The notes beneath the pieces are model-generated. The model had not been told where the DNA came from. It did not search any database and saw only the letters and a list, made by a program, of their open reading frames with translations. From Eledone cirrhosa (taxonomy: Eukaryota), in NCBI GenBank assembly GCA_964016885.1, contig OZ024742.1, positions 147,126,001-147,190,000 on the forward strand: DNA of 64,000 nt. The letters run 5' to 3'. A program made the translations under genes and the position numbers. Shown here piece after piece: positions 39,563 through 54,025 of the stretch. How positions within the stretch are numbered: the stretch's first letter is position 1; every line of letters begins with the position of its first letter.

Positions 39563-40869
39563 TAATAATAATAGTTTTTAATTTAAGCAAAATACTAGCA
39601 ATTTGTTGCTTTTTTTTGTTGTTGATTTTTTTTGGGGGGTGGGGGGTTATAATATTGACTGGTACTTTATTTTATCAACTCCAGAAGGATGAAAATCAAA
39701 GTTGAACAGGATTTCAACTCAGAAAGTAAAGAGCCTGTAATAATACCACAAAGCAGTTTGTCCAACGACCAAAAACCTTTAATTCAATCATCCTTTTTTA
39801 TTTTTGTTTGTTTTAAGAAATATATTTCATAAAAGAAATATCACTATACTTTGATAAGATCAATTCTTAGAATAAAATTTTAACCCTTTTGATACCAAAC
39901 CACCTGAAATTTCCACTGGTTCTACAATACTAAGTATTTATAATTATCTAAAGACCTTCCATCATAATGTTATGTAAGAACCTTCATTTGTTATGTTCCA
40001 AACACCAAATTAAAAATCAGAAAATTAGTTATATTACTAAATCTTTCCAAAATCTTTATTTTCAAAATGATTTGAAAATAATAGGCAATGTCTTTCATTA
40101 AAAATGCGGTAAGGAAAAAGTTAAGAAATAGGACTTATAGGTTAAATTCTTAGATACATGCTATACATTTATATGTAAGATAAATAGTTGATGGTGTTTG
40201 TACCTTTTTCAAAGGCATTAACACGATAAATACAGTGAATTACATTCAACTGGAAATTAAAATTAGGTCCACAGACTCACCTAGAGCTTTCCTTATGTTC
40301 TGCAGTATTTATCATAGTTTTAAGAAATCATGTTAATACATTAAAGTAAAATTTGGGGTTTTTGTAATTTATGAAACCAAATGTTAAAAGAGGAACATGA
40401 ACTTCATTTATAAATGCACAGAAATAAGGTAGGTTGGTTTAAATAAAAAAATTGTCAACGAAAAATAGTTAATAAAAAAAATAAGGGTAAAGCCTTTAAA
40501 AATATAGCAGAAATTATGACAACATTCGACAATTAACAAAAATAGGCATGAACCCAGAAACAAGTATTTTTTTTTCTTTCTGTATTAACTACATTTTGAT
40601 GAAAATGGATGGAACTAGTGGGTTGAATTAGTGCAACTATGAGAGATGGCCATTAACTCATTAACTGCCATCATTATGATAAACATGCTAGTTCACAGCA
40701 ACAGGGTCACCACATTCGGAGCGCTACACAGCACATCACACAAAAAGTGAGCAGTAGGTGAGGAGGCCTACCTGGCACTTTGGCCAAAAAGCAGCGATAA
40801 CCTAGAAATAAGTCAAATAGGGGATATAGGAAGCTGACAATATCGATGTGATTGTGACTTGAAATTTAA

Positions 40870-41088
40870 CTCTTAACGTCCTGTACTGCATGAAAACGCA
40901 TTAGCAAGACATTCTTGGAAAGTACAAAACAGCACTTATGACTGCATCACATTAAAAATTAAAACCTTTACATTAGTTTACTTCAAATTTTCATAACCAT
41001 CTGTCCACTAATAAAAACACTATAAACATTTTAATTAACAAACCTGTTTTTAGATGTTTTATGCTAAATCATTACAGGATGTTAAGAG
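40870..41088. mobile_element. TTAA-flanked MITE, family 3
   Basis: TIR ctcttaacgtcctgt/acaggatgttaagag with TTAA target duplications. Confidence 0.8.
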
Positions 41089-43939
41089 TTAAAGAAAGTA
41101 TGCAAAACTAATTGTTTCATAACACTAACAAAATTAATTGTTTTAAAAAATTGATTTATCATATTGTTCATTATGAAATTGTTACAATCCCAATTAAGTG
41201 GCAGGGAAATAATTACAAATTTACTGAATCAATTTGGATTATTTAAACAAATTAACAAATTATTTTGAAATATATAGTAATCCTCATTATTGATTTAAAA
41301 TAAAAGATAAGCAACAAAAACTAACATCTATATGACATAACTTATATGGCATGCCTCAATAACATAAGAGGAGAAAATAAACTAAAATCTATAAATAATA
41401 TTTCAATATTCACCTTCTGATTTAACATTTAAAAACATGTTTTTGTTTTTTCATGCAAGAGCAGGGTGCCACATTTTGTGCAATACATTTACATTATAAT
41501 TCTATTTAAAAATTACTGATTTTACAATATAAAAGTTAAATACTGTGAAAAAAAAAAACAGCTGAGACAGGAACCCTAAATCAAACAACTTTGTTGTTTT
41601 AAAAACACATGCACAATAAAAGATAGGTTTATTGAATGTCCATGAAATAAAGTCATTTAACAAAGTGACAAAATATATTAATCCTAAAATTTCAGAAAAT
41701 ATTTCAAATACTCATCTCAAAATTTCTAGGCGATTCGCAGACAAATTTTAATTTTGTTCCCCAATTGTTACTCTCTAGTTCATGTCTATATTGACAGAAA
41801 TAACATGCAATTTAGGAGATATTCCATTTAAATGTACTTATATTACCAAAATAGAAATGGTTACGAAATTCCAGGTCAGAAAAAAATAATTGATTGACAT
41901 CATAGAAGAACCACTTTAACCATTTTTTTTTTTTAAATGTTCTATTAACTTTAACTTTTCATTTATTTTGTGATGTCAACATATTTTTCATCATACATCT
42001 TGCAATGGAATTGTGCCAGTGACAAGGTGGCAAAGGTGTGACAAAAAATATTTTGGCACAAGATAAATAAAATGAGAAGAGAACTGTTTCTGTATGCTTT
42101 TTCAATGGTTAAAATGACTTTTTCATGATGTAATTGCTTCAGTTTCAACAAATGATCTCTGATCAAGTCACTTGCCTAACGAATAAGCTCCAAAATTCAA
42201 AATTTATGGTACATTGTAAATGTAGTATAGCTAAAGCTTATTGATTTTTAAATTTGCAAACTATAGAAAAAAAGAAAATATACTTTAAATAAAACCACTC
42301 AACCCCAAGAAGAAAATCAATTGCTCTTAAAGCGTAGAGTTAAAGATAGTGTGGAAGAGTAGTATATAAAATAGAATGCAGAAGAGATAGTATATAAAAT
42401 ATATAGCTAGTTAAAGACACACAAGAGATATAGTATATAAAATAGATAGATGGAGGCCAACAGACAAAAGAAACCTTTAAACAGCAATTGAGAATATGAT
42501 AGTAATATAAACATGAAACAAATGACATGCCTGTAATAGAAAAGAAGTGAAAACATGTTGCCTAATCGTTAGGCTGTTTAACTCGGTCATAATGTCATGG
42601 GTTTAATTTCTAGACCTGGCAGGGTGATGTGTTTTTTGAACAAGACTTTTTATTTTACATTGCTCCAGTCCACTCAGCTGAAAAAATAAGTAGCAGCAAC
42701 AGGTGGGGATAAACCCCAGCAATGGACTGGCAGGGAAAAATCCAGGGAAAAATCTTATTAAAACACTCAAGAAACTTCCTATGGGATTCAACCTTGTAGG
42801 AGGTCAGTTAAACATACATAAATGTGAGATGTAACAACAACAATAGAAAAGTTGGTGTTGGTTGACAAAGAATTCTTTATAACATAACTTTAGCTGAGAT
42901 TGACTTGCTCACCAATTCTGAAAATGAGCAACTTCTATGGAGGAATATGAACAGAAATGTTCAAATATTTGTAGTAGACAAAGTAAATAATTTTCTCATC
43001 TTTCTGAAAATAAATTATGTAGAGTCCATTAACTCTTGAAGAGTTGGTGAAGAATAAAATAAGCTGAAGTTGATATGATGTGATTTGGCTCGAGATATCT
43101 AGAGCAATGTAACTTTTTTTTAATAAATTAATCATGAAGTTTTTTGGCTATATCTTCGCTGTTAGATGGAAATTTACAGTGCTGGTTTGTTAGATTATGG
43201 CATAATGTAGAGTTTAGTTAACATCTTTAACTTCATTTAACCATTACCATCCCTTATCATATGAAACCATATGAGAAAGGCATTCATGAAAAGCAAAATA
43301 TCAGTACTATGTTTCAACGTTTCATATTTAAATTTAAACCTTCCATCCTAATTCAAACAAAGAAATTTTTGTTAATACACCAGCTTAATAATGAGAAAGT
43401 TATATTGCTAAATGTTCAAAAGAAATGCAAAATCATATGCATTGTATTTTCTAAGAAATATAATAACAAAAGGGTTAACAAAAATATTAACTTGTACTAG
43501 AATTGTATAGAGGGTGGAGCAAGGGATATTCTAAAATAGATATTGAAGCTATTAACAAATAAAATCAATGATATTTTAGAAGATAACAGACAGTTAAAAC
43601 TTAAAAGCTACAAAGATATAAGCAACTATATAGAAAGTCATGTTCATAGCAACACAAAGAAAAAAAAAAAAAAAAAAAAGCATCAAGAAATATTAGTAAC
43701 ATATTACGCGTTAACAGTTATTTACTGCAACATATCCTTGACACTGTTACACTGTTAGCAATAAGTTGCACTATGAAGAAGCAAGAGAATTAGCACGTAC
43801 ACATACATACATACATATATTACAAGTAACTGCCTTTATTAATATAATATATTTATACCATATAAATTGGCAGATCTGGTGCCATGATGCTATAAACATG
43901 TTACAAACACAGTACATGACAAGTACCTAGTCACAATCA

Positions 43940-44230
43940 TCTGTGTTATACCCATCCAATACGACAAAAAAAATCAAAACAAACCATCCAGACATAACAC
44001 ATGTACGCTCATAAACATAGCAATCCCTTCTGACCAAAATATTACTCGAAAAGCACCAGGTATGATAACATATGAACAAAAACATAGAAGCCATACTACA
44101 GTGCACAGCACAACCAAATTAACCAAAAATAGCTCTACTAGGAAACAGCCCACATCGTGCTCAAGACATCATCAATTCAATAGCACAACTGAAATGCAAC
44201 AATCTTCACACACAACACACACCTTATATA
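43940..44230 (+). mobile_element. Degraded R4/Dong-like RLE LINE 3' fragment
   Basis: NHPDIT, TCTLINIAIPSDQNI (PD...DxxIP-type RLE region) and QKIALLG...AHI. Confidence 0.55.
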
Positions 44231-44699
44231 ACTTTATAAAATAAAACAACACAACTCACACGACATATACTCAAGATTAATAATCAATAAAACATACTCA
44301 CATTTCATACACCATACACAACAAACCAAACACTAAAATTTTTGCACACAAAGCAAGCAGTCAATTATTTCTATGAATGAGGGGATGTTGATTAGAACAC
44401 CTCAAGGCCTTACTGGTATTTATTCAAGGCAAGAGAACCTCTGTGAATGCTTAGTTTGCTAAAAATATGAGCTAAATGTCCCCTCAAATCACACCCCCAT
44501 GATCTTCGATAAATAAGTCACATTAAATAATGCAGACTTATTTATCCATTAAAAAGACAGGATGGCCACAGATGGAACACTTTAATCATAGTTCAGCTCA
44601 ATCGGGACCAACATGGGTCTAAACAACAACAGTTGGTATTTAATTGACTGACACAAGATAAAGGCTAGCTGTATTAGGATTTAAACTTTGAACCAGGTA

Positions 44700-44955
44700 C
44701 ATCACAACTTTAGTCCAGTGGAGAAGGAAGACTTCATATGTAATAGATACACAGGAGTAGTTAGTAGTAAGAGCACCTATATGGAATATTTCAAATGCCC
44801 AGAAGGCTTGCTAGAAATAGTTGACAGCTACTGTTACCTAGGTCACCTAATCAGCAGTGGAGGTGAGTGTTGTGAAAGCACAGTAGCCAGAGTAAGAAGA
44901 AGGTAGAAAAAGTTCAGGGAGCTGTTATCTCTACTGGCAACAAAGGAATTCTCAT
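44700..44955 (+). mobile_element. Old RTE RT fragment interrupted by a SINE
   Basis: LEIVDSYCYLGHLISSGGECCESTVARVR. Confidence 0.85.
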
Positions 44956-45300
44956 GGAGGCACATGGCTTAGTGGTTAGAGCATTGGCCTTGCAATCGAA
45001 AGGTTGTGAGTTCAATTCTCAGAGCGGGTGATGTGTTGTTTCCTTGAGCAAGACACTTTATTTCACATTGCTCCAGTTTACTCAGCTGTAGAAATGAGAT
45101 GATAGGGACTGGGGTCCGTATCATTCCACTGCAAAGTGGTCGTGGAGGTGCCACGGCAAAAAAGCACCCAGCACTCACTGTAAATGAGGTTGGTGTTTAG
45201 GAAGGGCATCCAGCTGTAGAAATCAAGCCAGCATCAGTTCCCGTTCCACCCTTGCATGCAGGGAAAAAGTGGACGTAAAATGAAATGATGATGATGATGA
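44956..45300 (+). mobile_element. Full-length composite SINE (tRNA head, core, RTE-A tail)
   Basis: A box tggcttagtgg, B box gagttcaattc, (GAT)n tail; sister of 12906-13252. Confidence 0.9.
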
Positions 45301-45319
45301 GTGATGGATAGATTGTATA

Positions 45320-45950
45320 TGTACAAAGTTGCTAAAGACCATCTAGACAGGGGGCAATGTATTGAAAAGGCTGGACACCATCTTACATGAGGCAATGTAT
45401 AGAGTTGCTAAAGACCATCTTACATGGGATAGGACACACACACACAGATCCTAAAAATCATCTTACAAGTAGCATGGTACACAGAGATGCTAAAGGCCAT
45501 CTTACATGAGGTAATGAACAAAGCATTTCTAAAGACCATCTTAGATGGATATGACTCACAGATGCTAAAAACCATCTTGCAAGGGGTAAGACACGGAGAT
45601 GCTAAAAACCATCATACATGGGACAAGACAGAGATGCTAAGGACCATCTTATATGGGGCAATATCCAGAGAAGCTAAATACCATCTTTCATGGAATACGA
45701 TACAGAGATGCTAAAGACCATCTTTCATAGGGCAATGTACAGAGATATGCTAAAGACCATCATACATGGAGTAAGACACACACAAAGAAGCTAAACACCA
45801 TCTTACAAGGAGCAAGGTACAGTGATGCTAAAGGCCATCTTACATGGGGTAACATACAGAGAGATGTTAAAGACTATCTCATATAGAGCAAGGTAGAGTT
45901 GCTAAAGACCATCTTACATCAACTGAGATACACAGTGTTGCTAAAGATTA
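45320..45950 (+). repeat. Minisatellite, unit about 38-42 bp (gatgctaaagaccatcttacatggggcaaggtacaga)
   Basis: About 15 copies of gctaaa.accatct. Confidence 0.9.
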
Positions 45951-46769
45951 GTCTGAACGGTGTCAAATTGTTTGAAACCTTATTTCCCAAGTGCAAAGAT
46001 GGGAATTAATAATAATTAATCTCTATGTAAGATATTTGAAGGAGGACTATGGGCGGTACATCTAATTTTTACACATCAAGGACTATGATCACTGTATCTA
46101 TTCCACATATTAAACACGGTCTAGTAGTTGTTAGGGTGTTGGAATCACAATCATAAAGTCCAAGTTTGATTCCTTGACTAAGCCATGTGTTGTATTCTTA
46201 AGCAAAATGGTTCATTTAATGTAGCTTTTTATGATATGACTGTGGCCCCTAACATTAAAACACCCAAGAAACTTCCTGCGAGATACAACTTCATAGAAGG
46301 CCATAAGTGCGAGCTGTAAAAAAAAAATAATTTTCTTTCATTTTCTAACATACTGGATACAAGCTGTATCTACAGCACACTGATTTTTTAAAATGTATGT
46401 TGAACAAGGTAAATATCCATTGTCTAAAGACACAAAAGAATGTCAAATTTGTTTGTTATAATCGTGTATAATTTAATATTTACTGCAACCTTTCTGTCCA
46501 TTGTCATCACACATACAGATTGGTTAGCGTATAAGCTAATTATTGTCATCACATACATGTAGAATTTACTTAAGAATCTTATCAGAATGTTTAATAAGTC
46601 GTCAAACATACTCATTACATACATAATGCAGACTAAAACAGAAGATTTATTGTGTTAAGACATTACATTTCAAAACAAATATATAAGAAATATAAGTGTG
46701 TATATGTGTAGGTGTGTCCGTAATAGCAGGGAAATTGGACATTGAATGATGATGATTATACACACGCAC

Positions 46770-47060
46770 ACAATCATCATCATTTTACATGGGTTGTCAT
46801 CTGAGGCTAGACAGGTCAGCTGACTTTTGCTCATGTTCAATTCTGGCATGGTTTCTATGGCTGGATGCCCTTCCTAATGCTAACCACTTTACGCCATGCA
46901 TTGGGTGAATTTTATTATGGCATCAACACTACTACCTAGCAGTGTGGATTGGGTGCATTATTGTGGTACCAGCAGTGCCACTTTACAGAGGGGACTGAAT
47001 GCATTTCATCACAGAGTGGCACTAACACAACTTTACAAAGGAGTGTATTTTATTGTGACA
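46770..47060 (-). mobile_element. Degenerate RTE-3'UTR-type element
   Basis: ctggatgcccttcctaatgctaaccacttt plus modules and an (ATC)n tail. Confidence 0.65.
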
Positions 47061-47118
47061 GTTCTTATAGATTAGTGGAATGCTGTATATAAGGATGTTA
47101 TAATCTCACAAGTGTGTG

Positions 47119-47389
47119 TCATCATCATCATCATCATCAACGTTTAACGTCCGTGTTCCACGCTTGCATGGGTTTGGACGGGGGTAGTCCCACTTGAGGC
47201 AAGAGTGATTGTCTTGCTCGCATAGGACTGTCTGGCAGGTTTTCTACAGTTGGATGCCCTTCCTAACACCAACCACATTTACAGTGTGGGTCTGGGAGGT
47301 TTTTACCGTGTTGCCTACACGGCCACATTACAGCGTGGACTGTGTGTTTTTTTGTCGTGACACCTACACGATCTCATTTGTTTCGGCCT
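47119..47389 (-). mobile_element. Young 3'UTR-only RTE-B insertion
   Basis: Near-identical reverse complement of 18239-18505, inserted in a (TG)n tract. Confidence 0.92.
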
Positions 47390-47735
47390 GTGTGTGTATG
47401 TGAAAAAGGGTGGGGATAATATGAAGCCTTGACAGTAAGTGACAACTGGAAGGTTTGATTCCTGGACCAGGCAGCATGTTGTATTCTTGATCAAGGTGCT
47501 TCATTTCATGTTACTTTTCATGATAGGTGTTTTTAATGATAGGGGTCTCAGTCCTAAGAAACCTCTTATGAAATGCAACCTCATAGGAGGCCACAATATG
47601 TATTACTTGTACTTGTGTCAACATTCACCAACAATGGATTGAACCAGCTCCAGCCAGTGCATCCTCAAGATAGAAACCTCATTATGTATCCAAAATCACT
47701 GATTTTATTATATCCTTTGGAGAGAAATGAATTAA

Positions 47736-47942
47736 CCCTTTAGCATTCACATTATTCTATATATACTATTATATTTTCATAGTAAATGCTTTATCTCACA
47801 AAATATCGAATCTATGAGATTTAGAAAGTATTTATTTTGAGAACAATACCGTAACATCAGTTTGATTGACCAGTTACAGCCAGTTTCAACAGAAAAGGTT
47901 AGAGAATTCTGGCCAGTTTTGGCCAGTTTGAACATTAAAGGG
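47736..47942. mobile_element. piggyBac-type MITE, family 2
   Basis: TTAA-ccctttagcatt...aacattaaaggg-TTAA. Confidence 0.75.
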
Positions 47943-47999
47943 TTAAGCATGCTTTGTTGGATATGTCATGTTAAAGTGTGTAGTTGACAAAGCATGGAT

Positions 48000-48240
48000 T
48001 GACAGAGAAAAACTGAGCATAAGAAGAATCAGATGTTGCATGCAAGAGAGAAGATTATGCTGGTACAGACATGTGATGTGATTGGATGATGATCACTGGA
48101 TAAAGAAGTCCCATGATTTCCAAAAGAAAGGAAGTTGAGGACGATGAAGTGCAAGAAAAATGTGGACAGAAGTGGGGAAAGCTAATTGCAAGAAATATAA
48201 AACCCATACAACCATGGAAAAGTGGACATAAAAAAGACGA
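48000..48240 (+). mobile_element. Old RTE RT C-terminal fragment
   Basis: EKLSIRRIRCCMQERRLCWYRHVM. Confidence 0.75.
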
Positions 48241-51200
48241 TCTTTTGGTGCTGTAAAAATATAATTTTATACAAAAGAAGAATCAAAGACAACATATTTA
48301 AAATTTGAATGTTGGCACACTGAAGTCACATATTTTCTATAAAACCTAAGCATATTCTAGTTGTAAGCAACTATTGATTCTCTGCTCTGTTTTTCAACTG
48401 GTATCTTTGCCTCTATTGATATGCTAGACAACATTCAGATGAAAATAGATCTGATCAATAAACATTCACTCATTCCCTGGTCTATCATTGAACTGTGTCC
48501 TATCTCTATACAACTACACTAACACTGTTTAAAATTTACTGGCTGCAACCAATCTTGGTTTAAACCAACACACTGTACCAGCTATGTTCTGTGCTTCTCT
48601 CCCAACACACCACACTGTCTATATTCTTTCTTTCCCAACACACCACACTAAACATTAAAATTGTTCATTTTAGGAACTTCTGCCATTCTATGTGTTGTCA
48701 CAATATACAAATCTAAGCCAATTCCATATTTACCAATGCCTCACATTGGTAAGTATGGAACTGGCTTCGTAGTACCATTCCTATCAGAAACAAAAAGTAA
48801 ATTGTAAAATTCGCCATATACACCTTAGTGAATAGATTATATAGTGAATTTACTGTGTATCTGGTTTAGAATAGGTACACTATCTTTGCATGTCCTCAGA
48901 TGTGATAAAAAGGTTGGCATCAAAAAGTATCTGCCCATAAACATTGTTTCAAAAAGAACCCCCTCATGAGGTCCATATAGCTAACCTCTGCTTTACAATG
49001 TTTGTTGTACTCCTCAGTAGATAATAGATACAGTTTTTATTACTTTAAAAGTTCTAGTTAACTGAACTAAACCGATAGTATTTCTAGAGAGTAAATAAAA
49101 CCTTAGTCACTTACCACATCAAAATTCTAGTTGATTGAACTGATATTTCTATGAATAAAATACACCCCATACATTCTGTAAAGTGGTTGGAGAAAAGACT
49201 TTCAGCAATAAAATTCAGGCCAAACAAAGAGTTGAAAGGACTCTTCAGTTGTGTCAAGGACATGAAAACCTCCCTAATGCCAATGCCAGTGCCATGATAA
49301 AATGCACATAGTACACTCTGTAAAGTCAGGGAGATGAGAAGTGCATCCAATTGTAGAAAACATGCCAAAACAAGAATGTATATACGAGATGTAATCTTGG
49401 GCTATCTATGAGGACAGTAAGACAATTAAGAATGAATTAAGTTCTGACCTATTTTGCAACAACCTATCTGACTCATTCAATTCATGCCAGTATGGAAAAC
49501 AAATGTAAATGATAATAGTAAATAAACCCTTACAGCTGCTCACTCCATCATGTCAGTGGTTGGTTTTAGTTGTTTGTCCTCTTAGTATTTCATTAACATA
49601 TTTCTAATGAAAGACACTGCCTATAATTTTCAAATAATTTGGAGAGATTTAGTAATATAACTAACTTCTCATTATTACATTGGTGTTTGGAACATCAAGA
49701 TTCTTATTTGAAATTATGATGGAAAGTATTAAAATAAATATAAACACTTTAAAATAAGCAGCTTTGAATTGTAGAACCAGAGATATTTTCAGACAGTTTA
49801 GTATTAAAAGTGTTAGCAGTAATTTTATGATATATTAATACAATTCAGTCAAACTATAAATGAAACTATAATATTTTCAAGCATCATTTTACTATTTCAT
49901 ACACAATTTCAATGTTAGTAGACTCTTTAAGTAAAACCATCAACTAATACATTATTATATTTACTTTGTGGAAAAAAAGCATTTTAAAATGTGCAGTTAA
50001 CCTACTTAAAAAACACAAACACTATTGTTTAAGCTTAGCATTTTACTTCATAATCTTAAGTAAATTGTTATAAAGTTAACATATATTAAGACAGATGTAT
50101 CTCCACTCAAGACTACATTAAAATGGAACCCAATGGCTAAAAGTATTGTTCACATGGTTGGTATAGTTAAGAAGTTTGCCTTGCAAGCACATCGCTCCAA
50201 GTTCAGTCCCACTATGTGGCACCTTGAGTTGACTAATGCTTTGTGAGTAAAATTTAGTAGACAGAAACTGTGTGGCAGCTTGTCGTATGTGTGTTTATGT
50301 CCTGTTAATCAGTGATTCAACAAAAGAGATTGGTAAAGTAAGTACTACCGTTGATATGTGGTGCCCCAGCATAACTACAATCTAGTGACTGACTGAAACC
50401 AGTAACATTATCAAATTAATCATAACACAATTTTCTTTCAAGTGTTATATAGACAAAGTTATTAAAGATGGAAAGTTACATATAACAAAGTAGTCTCCCT
50501 TAGATTGGTAAAGCAGTTATGATTTTGACAATGTTTTCTCAATTATGTTTAACATAAAATCTCTCTACCCCCTGTTTCTCTCTCTTCATAGTAGTTTGTA
50601 GTCTAAATTTGTATGTAGTCTGAAACTGTATGTACTCTCAAAACTGATAACAGTGACGTGTCTGTGTGTGTTTTTTTTACATATTTGTGTGTGTGTTTAC
50701 ATATTTTTGTGAGTATGTATGTTGTTACATGTTCGTGTGTATTACATGCTTTTGTGTATGTGTGAATTTGAGTTCTTAAAAAGAAAGGAAATTAGAGTCT
50801 CGTCATCAAAAACGTTTCAAATGTGACCATCCTGTCTTTTTTTATAGCCAGAAAATACAGTTTCCAGTGACTTCCATATTTTTTACATGGTGAATTTAGG
50901 AAAATTTGCCTGCTATTTCTAGCAGCTTATGCAGCAAAGAAGTTATAAAATACAGTATATATTTCAGAAAACATTTTCAAAATATAAAGAAATATTTTAT
51001 TGGTATCCGCACATGATATTTATGAAAAATGTTAACAGTAAACTGTACACATTGGAAATAGACTAATTCTTCTGAAACTAAAGTGCCTAAAATGGCATCT
51101 GGTTCTACAATACAAAACTGTTTGCTATAAAGTGTTTATATTTATCTAAAAACCTTCCATCGTAATTTTATGTAAGAAATGTTGCTATGTTATGTTCCAA

Positions 51201-51339
51201 ACACCATATAAATGATAAAAAGTCATGTTACTAGATTCTTCCAAATTTTTTATTATTTTCGAAATGATCTGAAGCATATAAAAAGTGTATTTCATTAAAA
51301 TGTGGTAACGAAAGGTTTAAAACTCTTATGTTCTCCAGT

Positions 51340-51535
51340 TCCAACCTCATCGCTTCAGTCACAAACCTTGACATCACCACCAGTAGCACAGAGGAAGATA
51401 ACCAAATACCAGGATTTGATCAACCACTTCTTCATCATGCTGGTTGCTATTGAGATCTCCAGTGTCCTTGATCCCCAGACTCAGGTTTACCTTTGCAAAA
51501 TTGGAAGGAGAGCATTTATAAGGTGGAATGGTTGA
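51340..51535 (+). mobile_element. CRE-like RLE LINE C-terminal remnant
   Basis: QRKITKYQDLINHFFIMLVAIEISSVLDP resembles KxxKYxxL...FxPxAxETxGxxG. Confidence 0.55.
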
Positions 51536-52621
51536 TGCAGGATTTTTTTCACCATCTTGTCCACAGGGCACAGCTGAGATATAGCCACCCAGACAAGGAT
51601 GCAGTGCTTGCCCACTCTCTTACTCCCTATTTTCTTTCTCTTTTCCTGTTTATTATTTTAATCGATTAAAAAAATACTTTTATTATTGTATACTTCTGTT
51701 CACTAACAAATTTCAGCATTTCTATTCTTTCAGTACTAGTGACGTTTTTAGAAATGTACTGTACTAAGTGTACATGCTAATTCTTGTCTCTAAAAGATAT
51801 TTTGATCAAAATTCCCTTATTTTAACTGGGTTTTTGTTTCACAAACTAAACGAAAACATACTAGTTATGTTTTGAGCATTCAGAGACTTAACTATTGGAT
51901 GGATTACATTGTTTACTGAACTAAGTCATTCAACTGTGATCATGTTGGTGCACAGCCTTGAAGGGATTTAGTCAGATTTTACTGCTCTAACCAACATGAA
52001 ATGTGAATATTTGTATTTTTCAAAAAAATTCTTTTAATAAAATAAATATTTTAACAAAATTTGCTTTATTTACTTTGTCTGGATCTGTGCTACACAAACT
52101 ATAGTAAGACATACCAGTACATCTTTGGCACACAAAGTGTGGGAAATAAAAGTATTAGGATGTCTTTAGCACACAAATGGCAGGTAAAAGACACACCAGT
52201 GTGTTTTTTTGGCACTTAAAGAGTTAATAATTGGTTTACATTATTTGTAGTCGGCTTTGAATTGTTAATGAATGTAAAACTCCTACTAATTTAATACTGT
52301 AAAAATAGTTCCTGTTGCAGAGTATTGCCTGATTAAGGCTAATCCTTTTGTTACCATACTTCTAATGAAATACACCGTGAATATGTTGCAATTGATTTTG
52401 GAAATAATGAAGAATTTGGAGGAGTTTAATAGCATAAGCTTAACTTTTACATTAGTAAGCTGATGTTTAGAACATTACTTAATAAAAATTGCTTTTACAT
52501 AAAATTATGGACGATTTTAATAAAAGTATGAAGGGGTTTCAGGCAGGTTTGCATCAAAGGAGTTAAAGCGTTGATCAATACAAAATGTTTTTAGTTAATG
52601 TTTAAATAAAACAAAAGTATA

Positions 52622-53803
52622 CAGGGTGCAGATGGTATTTGAGGACAGATTTATGGTTTTTAAACAGAAAAAAAACTTTATTCTTATAAAAATAACAAAC
52701 AAAGCCAAATTATCAATGAAACCACCATAAGTATCAATAACTGCCTCTACACGGGGTCGAAATCGTTTGCAAGCTCGGATTAAGTGGTCCTTGTTCATAT
52801 CGGACATGACTCGAATTATGGCGGCTTTCAAAGAATATTTGGTGCTATGGGGGTGTTCATTGACATTTTTCTCAACGATGCTCCATACATAGTCCAGTGG
52901 ATTGAGATCTGGAGAATTAGGAGACCAAATGTTGGGGGTGATGTGATCATGCAAATTGTCAGCCATCCATTCTTGTGTCAATTGAGCCTTGTGTGATGGT
53001 GCAGAATCTTGTTGAAAGACATAAGGCCTTCTATTGCATACACTGTTGATCCAAGGCTTTACAACTTTATCCAGAACCTCAATATATGCAGTAGCATTCA
53101 CCCTAAGGCCTTGTGGAAAAAAAGTGAGGAAGCATCACATGTCCTTCATTGCTAACAACACCCAAAACCATGACACTTGCAGGAAATTGTGTGTGCATTG
53201 CTCTTGGAACCTCAGAAGGGTCTGCACATAGCCACCTGTCATTTCTTCTGTTAGTTTTGTGGTCCTGGTCAAAGTTTTTCTCATCTGAGAAATTTTAAGT
53301 TTGTTTAAAAGTCTTTAATAGCTTTTCTTTTGTTTTTGTCTGACATGAATCGACCTCTCCTCATCATGTAACAACTGTATCTGATGTCTTCATGCACAAC
53401 ATTTCTGATTGTTTTTCTGACACACCAACATTTTTTGCAATTGACCTCATTGATTTTCTTGGATTGTCATCAATGTTTTGCTTAACTTCCTGAATAAATT
53501 CAGGTGTCCTGATAGAATCAGAGCATTTGGAATGTTTTTTTACGTTTTGATATAGGTAATACACTTCCATCTTTCTTTAACTCACACCGAATCTTGTGGA
53601 CAAAAGATCTTGCAACTTTCAGAAAATGAGAAATTTCTAAATCCCCATGCTTAGCCTTCAAAGCCACAATCACAGCATGCCTTTTCATTTCATTAGTAAG
53701 CATAGTTATTTTGATTGTTATTTTCTGAAATGGAAGTTCAATAAAAATTAGTCAAATAAAATGACTAAAAATACATATGTCCTCAAATACCATCCACACC
53801 CTG
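52622..53803 (-). mobile_element. Near full-length maT (DD37D) Tc1/mariner transposon with frameshifted transposase
   Basis: TA target duplications; TIRs cagggtgcagatggtatttgaggaca/tgtcctcaaataccatccacaccctg; FSDEK and QQDSAPSH...SPDLNPLD (37-aa spacing); N-terminus at 53703. Confidence 0.93.
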
Positions 53804-53814
53804 TAGTAATAAGC

Positions 53815-54025
53815 AGCTCCTAGTGGTTAGGGTATTGAGCATATAATCATAATATTGTAGGTTCAATTACTGGACCAGATAGTGTATTGTGTTTTGAAGC
53901 AAGACACTTCATTTCAGGTTGCTCCAGTCAACTCTACTGAAAATAAATACCAGCAACTAAGAGTTAACCTTTCAATGGATTGGCATCCTTTCCAGGGGGA
54001 AAGTCTTGCACTCCGAGTCACTTTG
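53815..54025 (+). mobile_element. tRNA-SINE, degenerate
   Basis: cctagtggttaggg...ggttcaatt head and ttgctccagtc.actc core. Confidence 0.6.

Noticed and set aside
40255-40805. Possible minus-strand micro-exons (19 nt at about 40281-40299; 30 nt at about 40772-40801)
   Set aside because: Splice-like signals only, with weak acceptors and no coding support; expected by chance
44956-45030. tRNA gene (and similar heads at 881, 13180 and 53815)
   Set aside because: A and B boxes run directly into SINE core sequence; these are SINE heads
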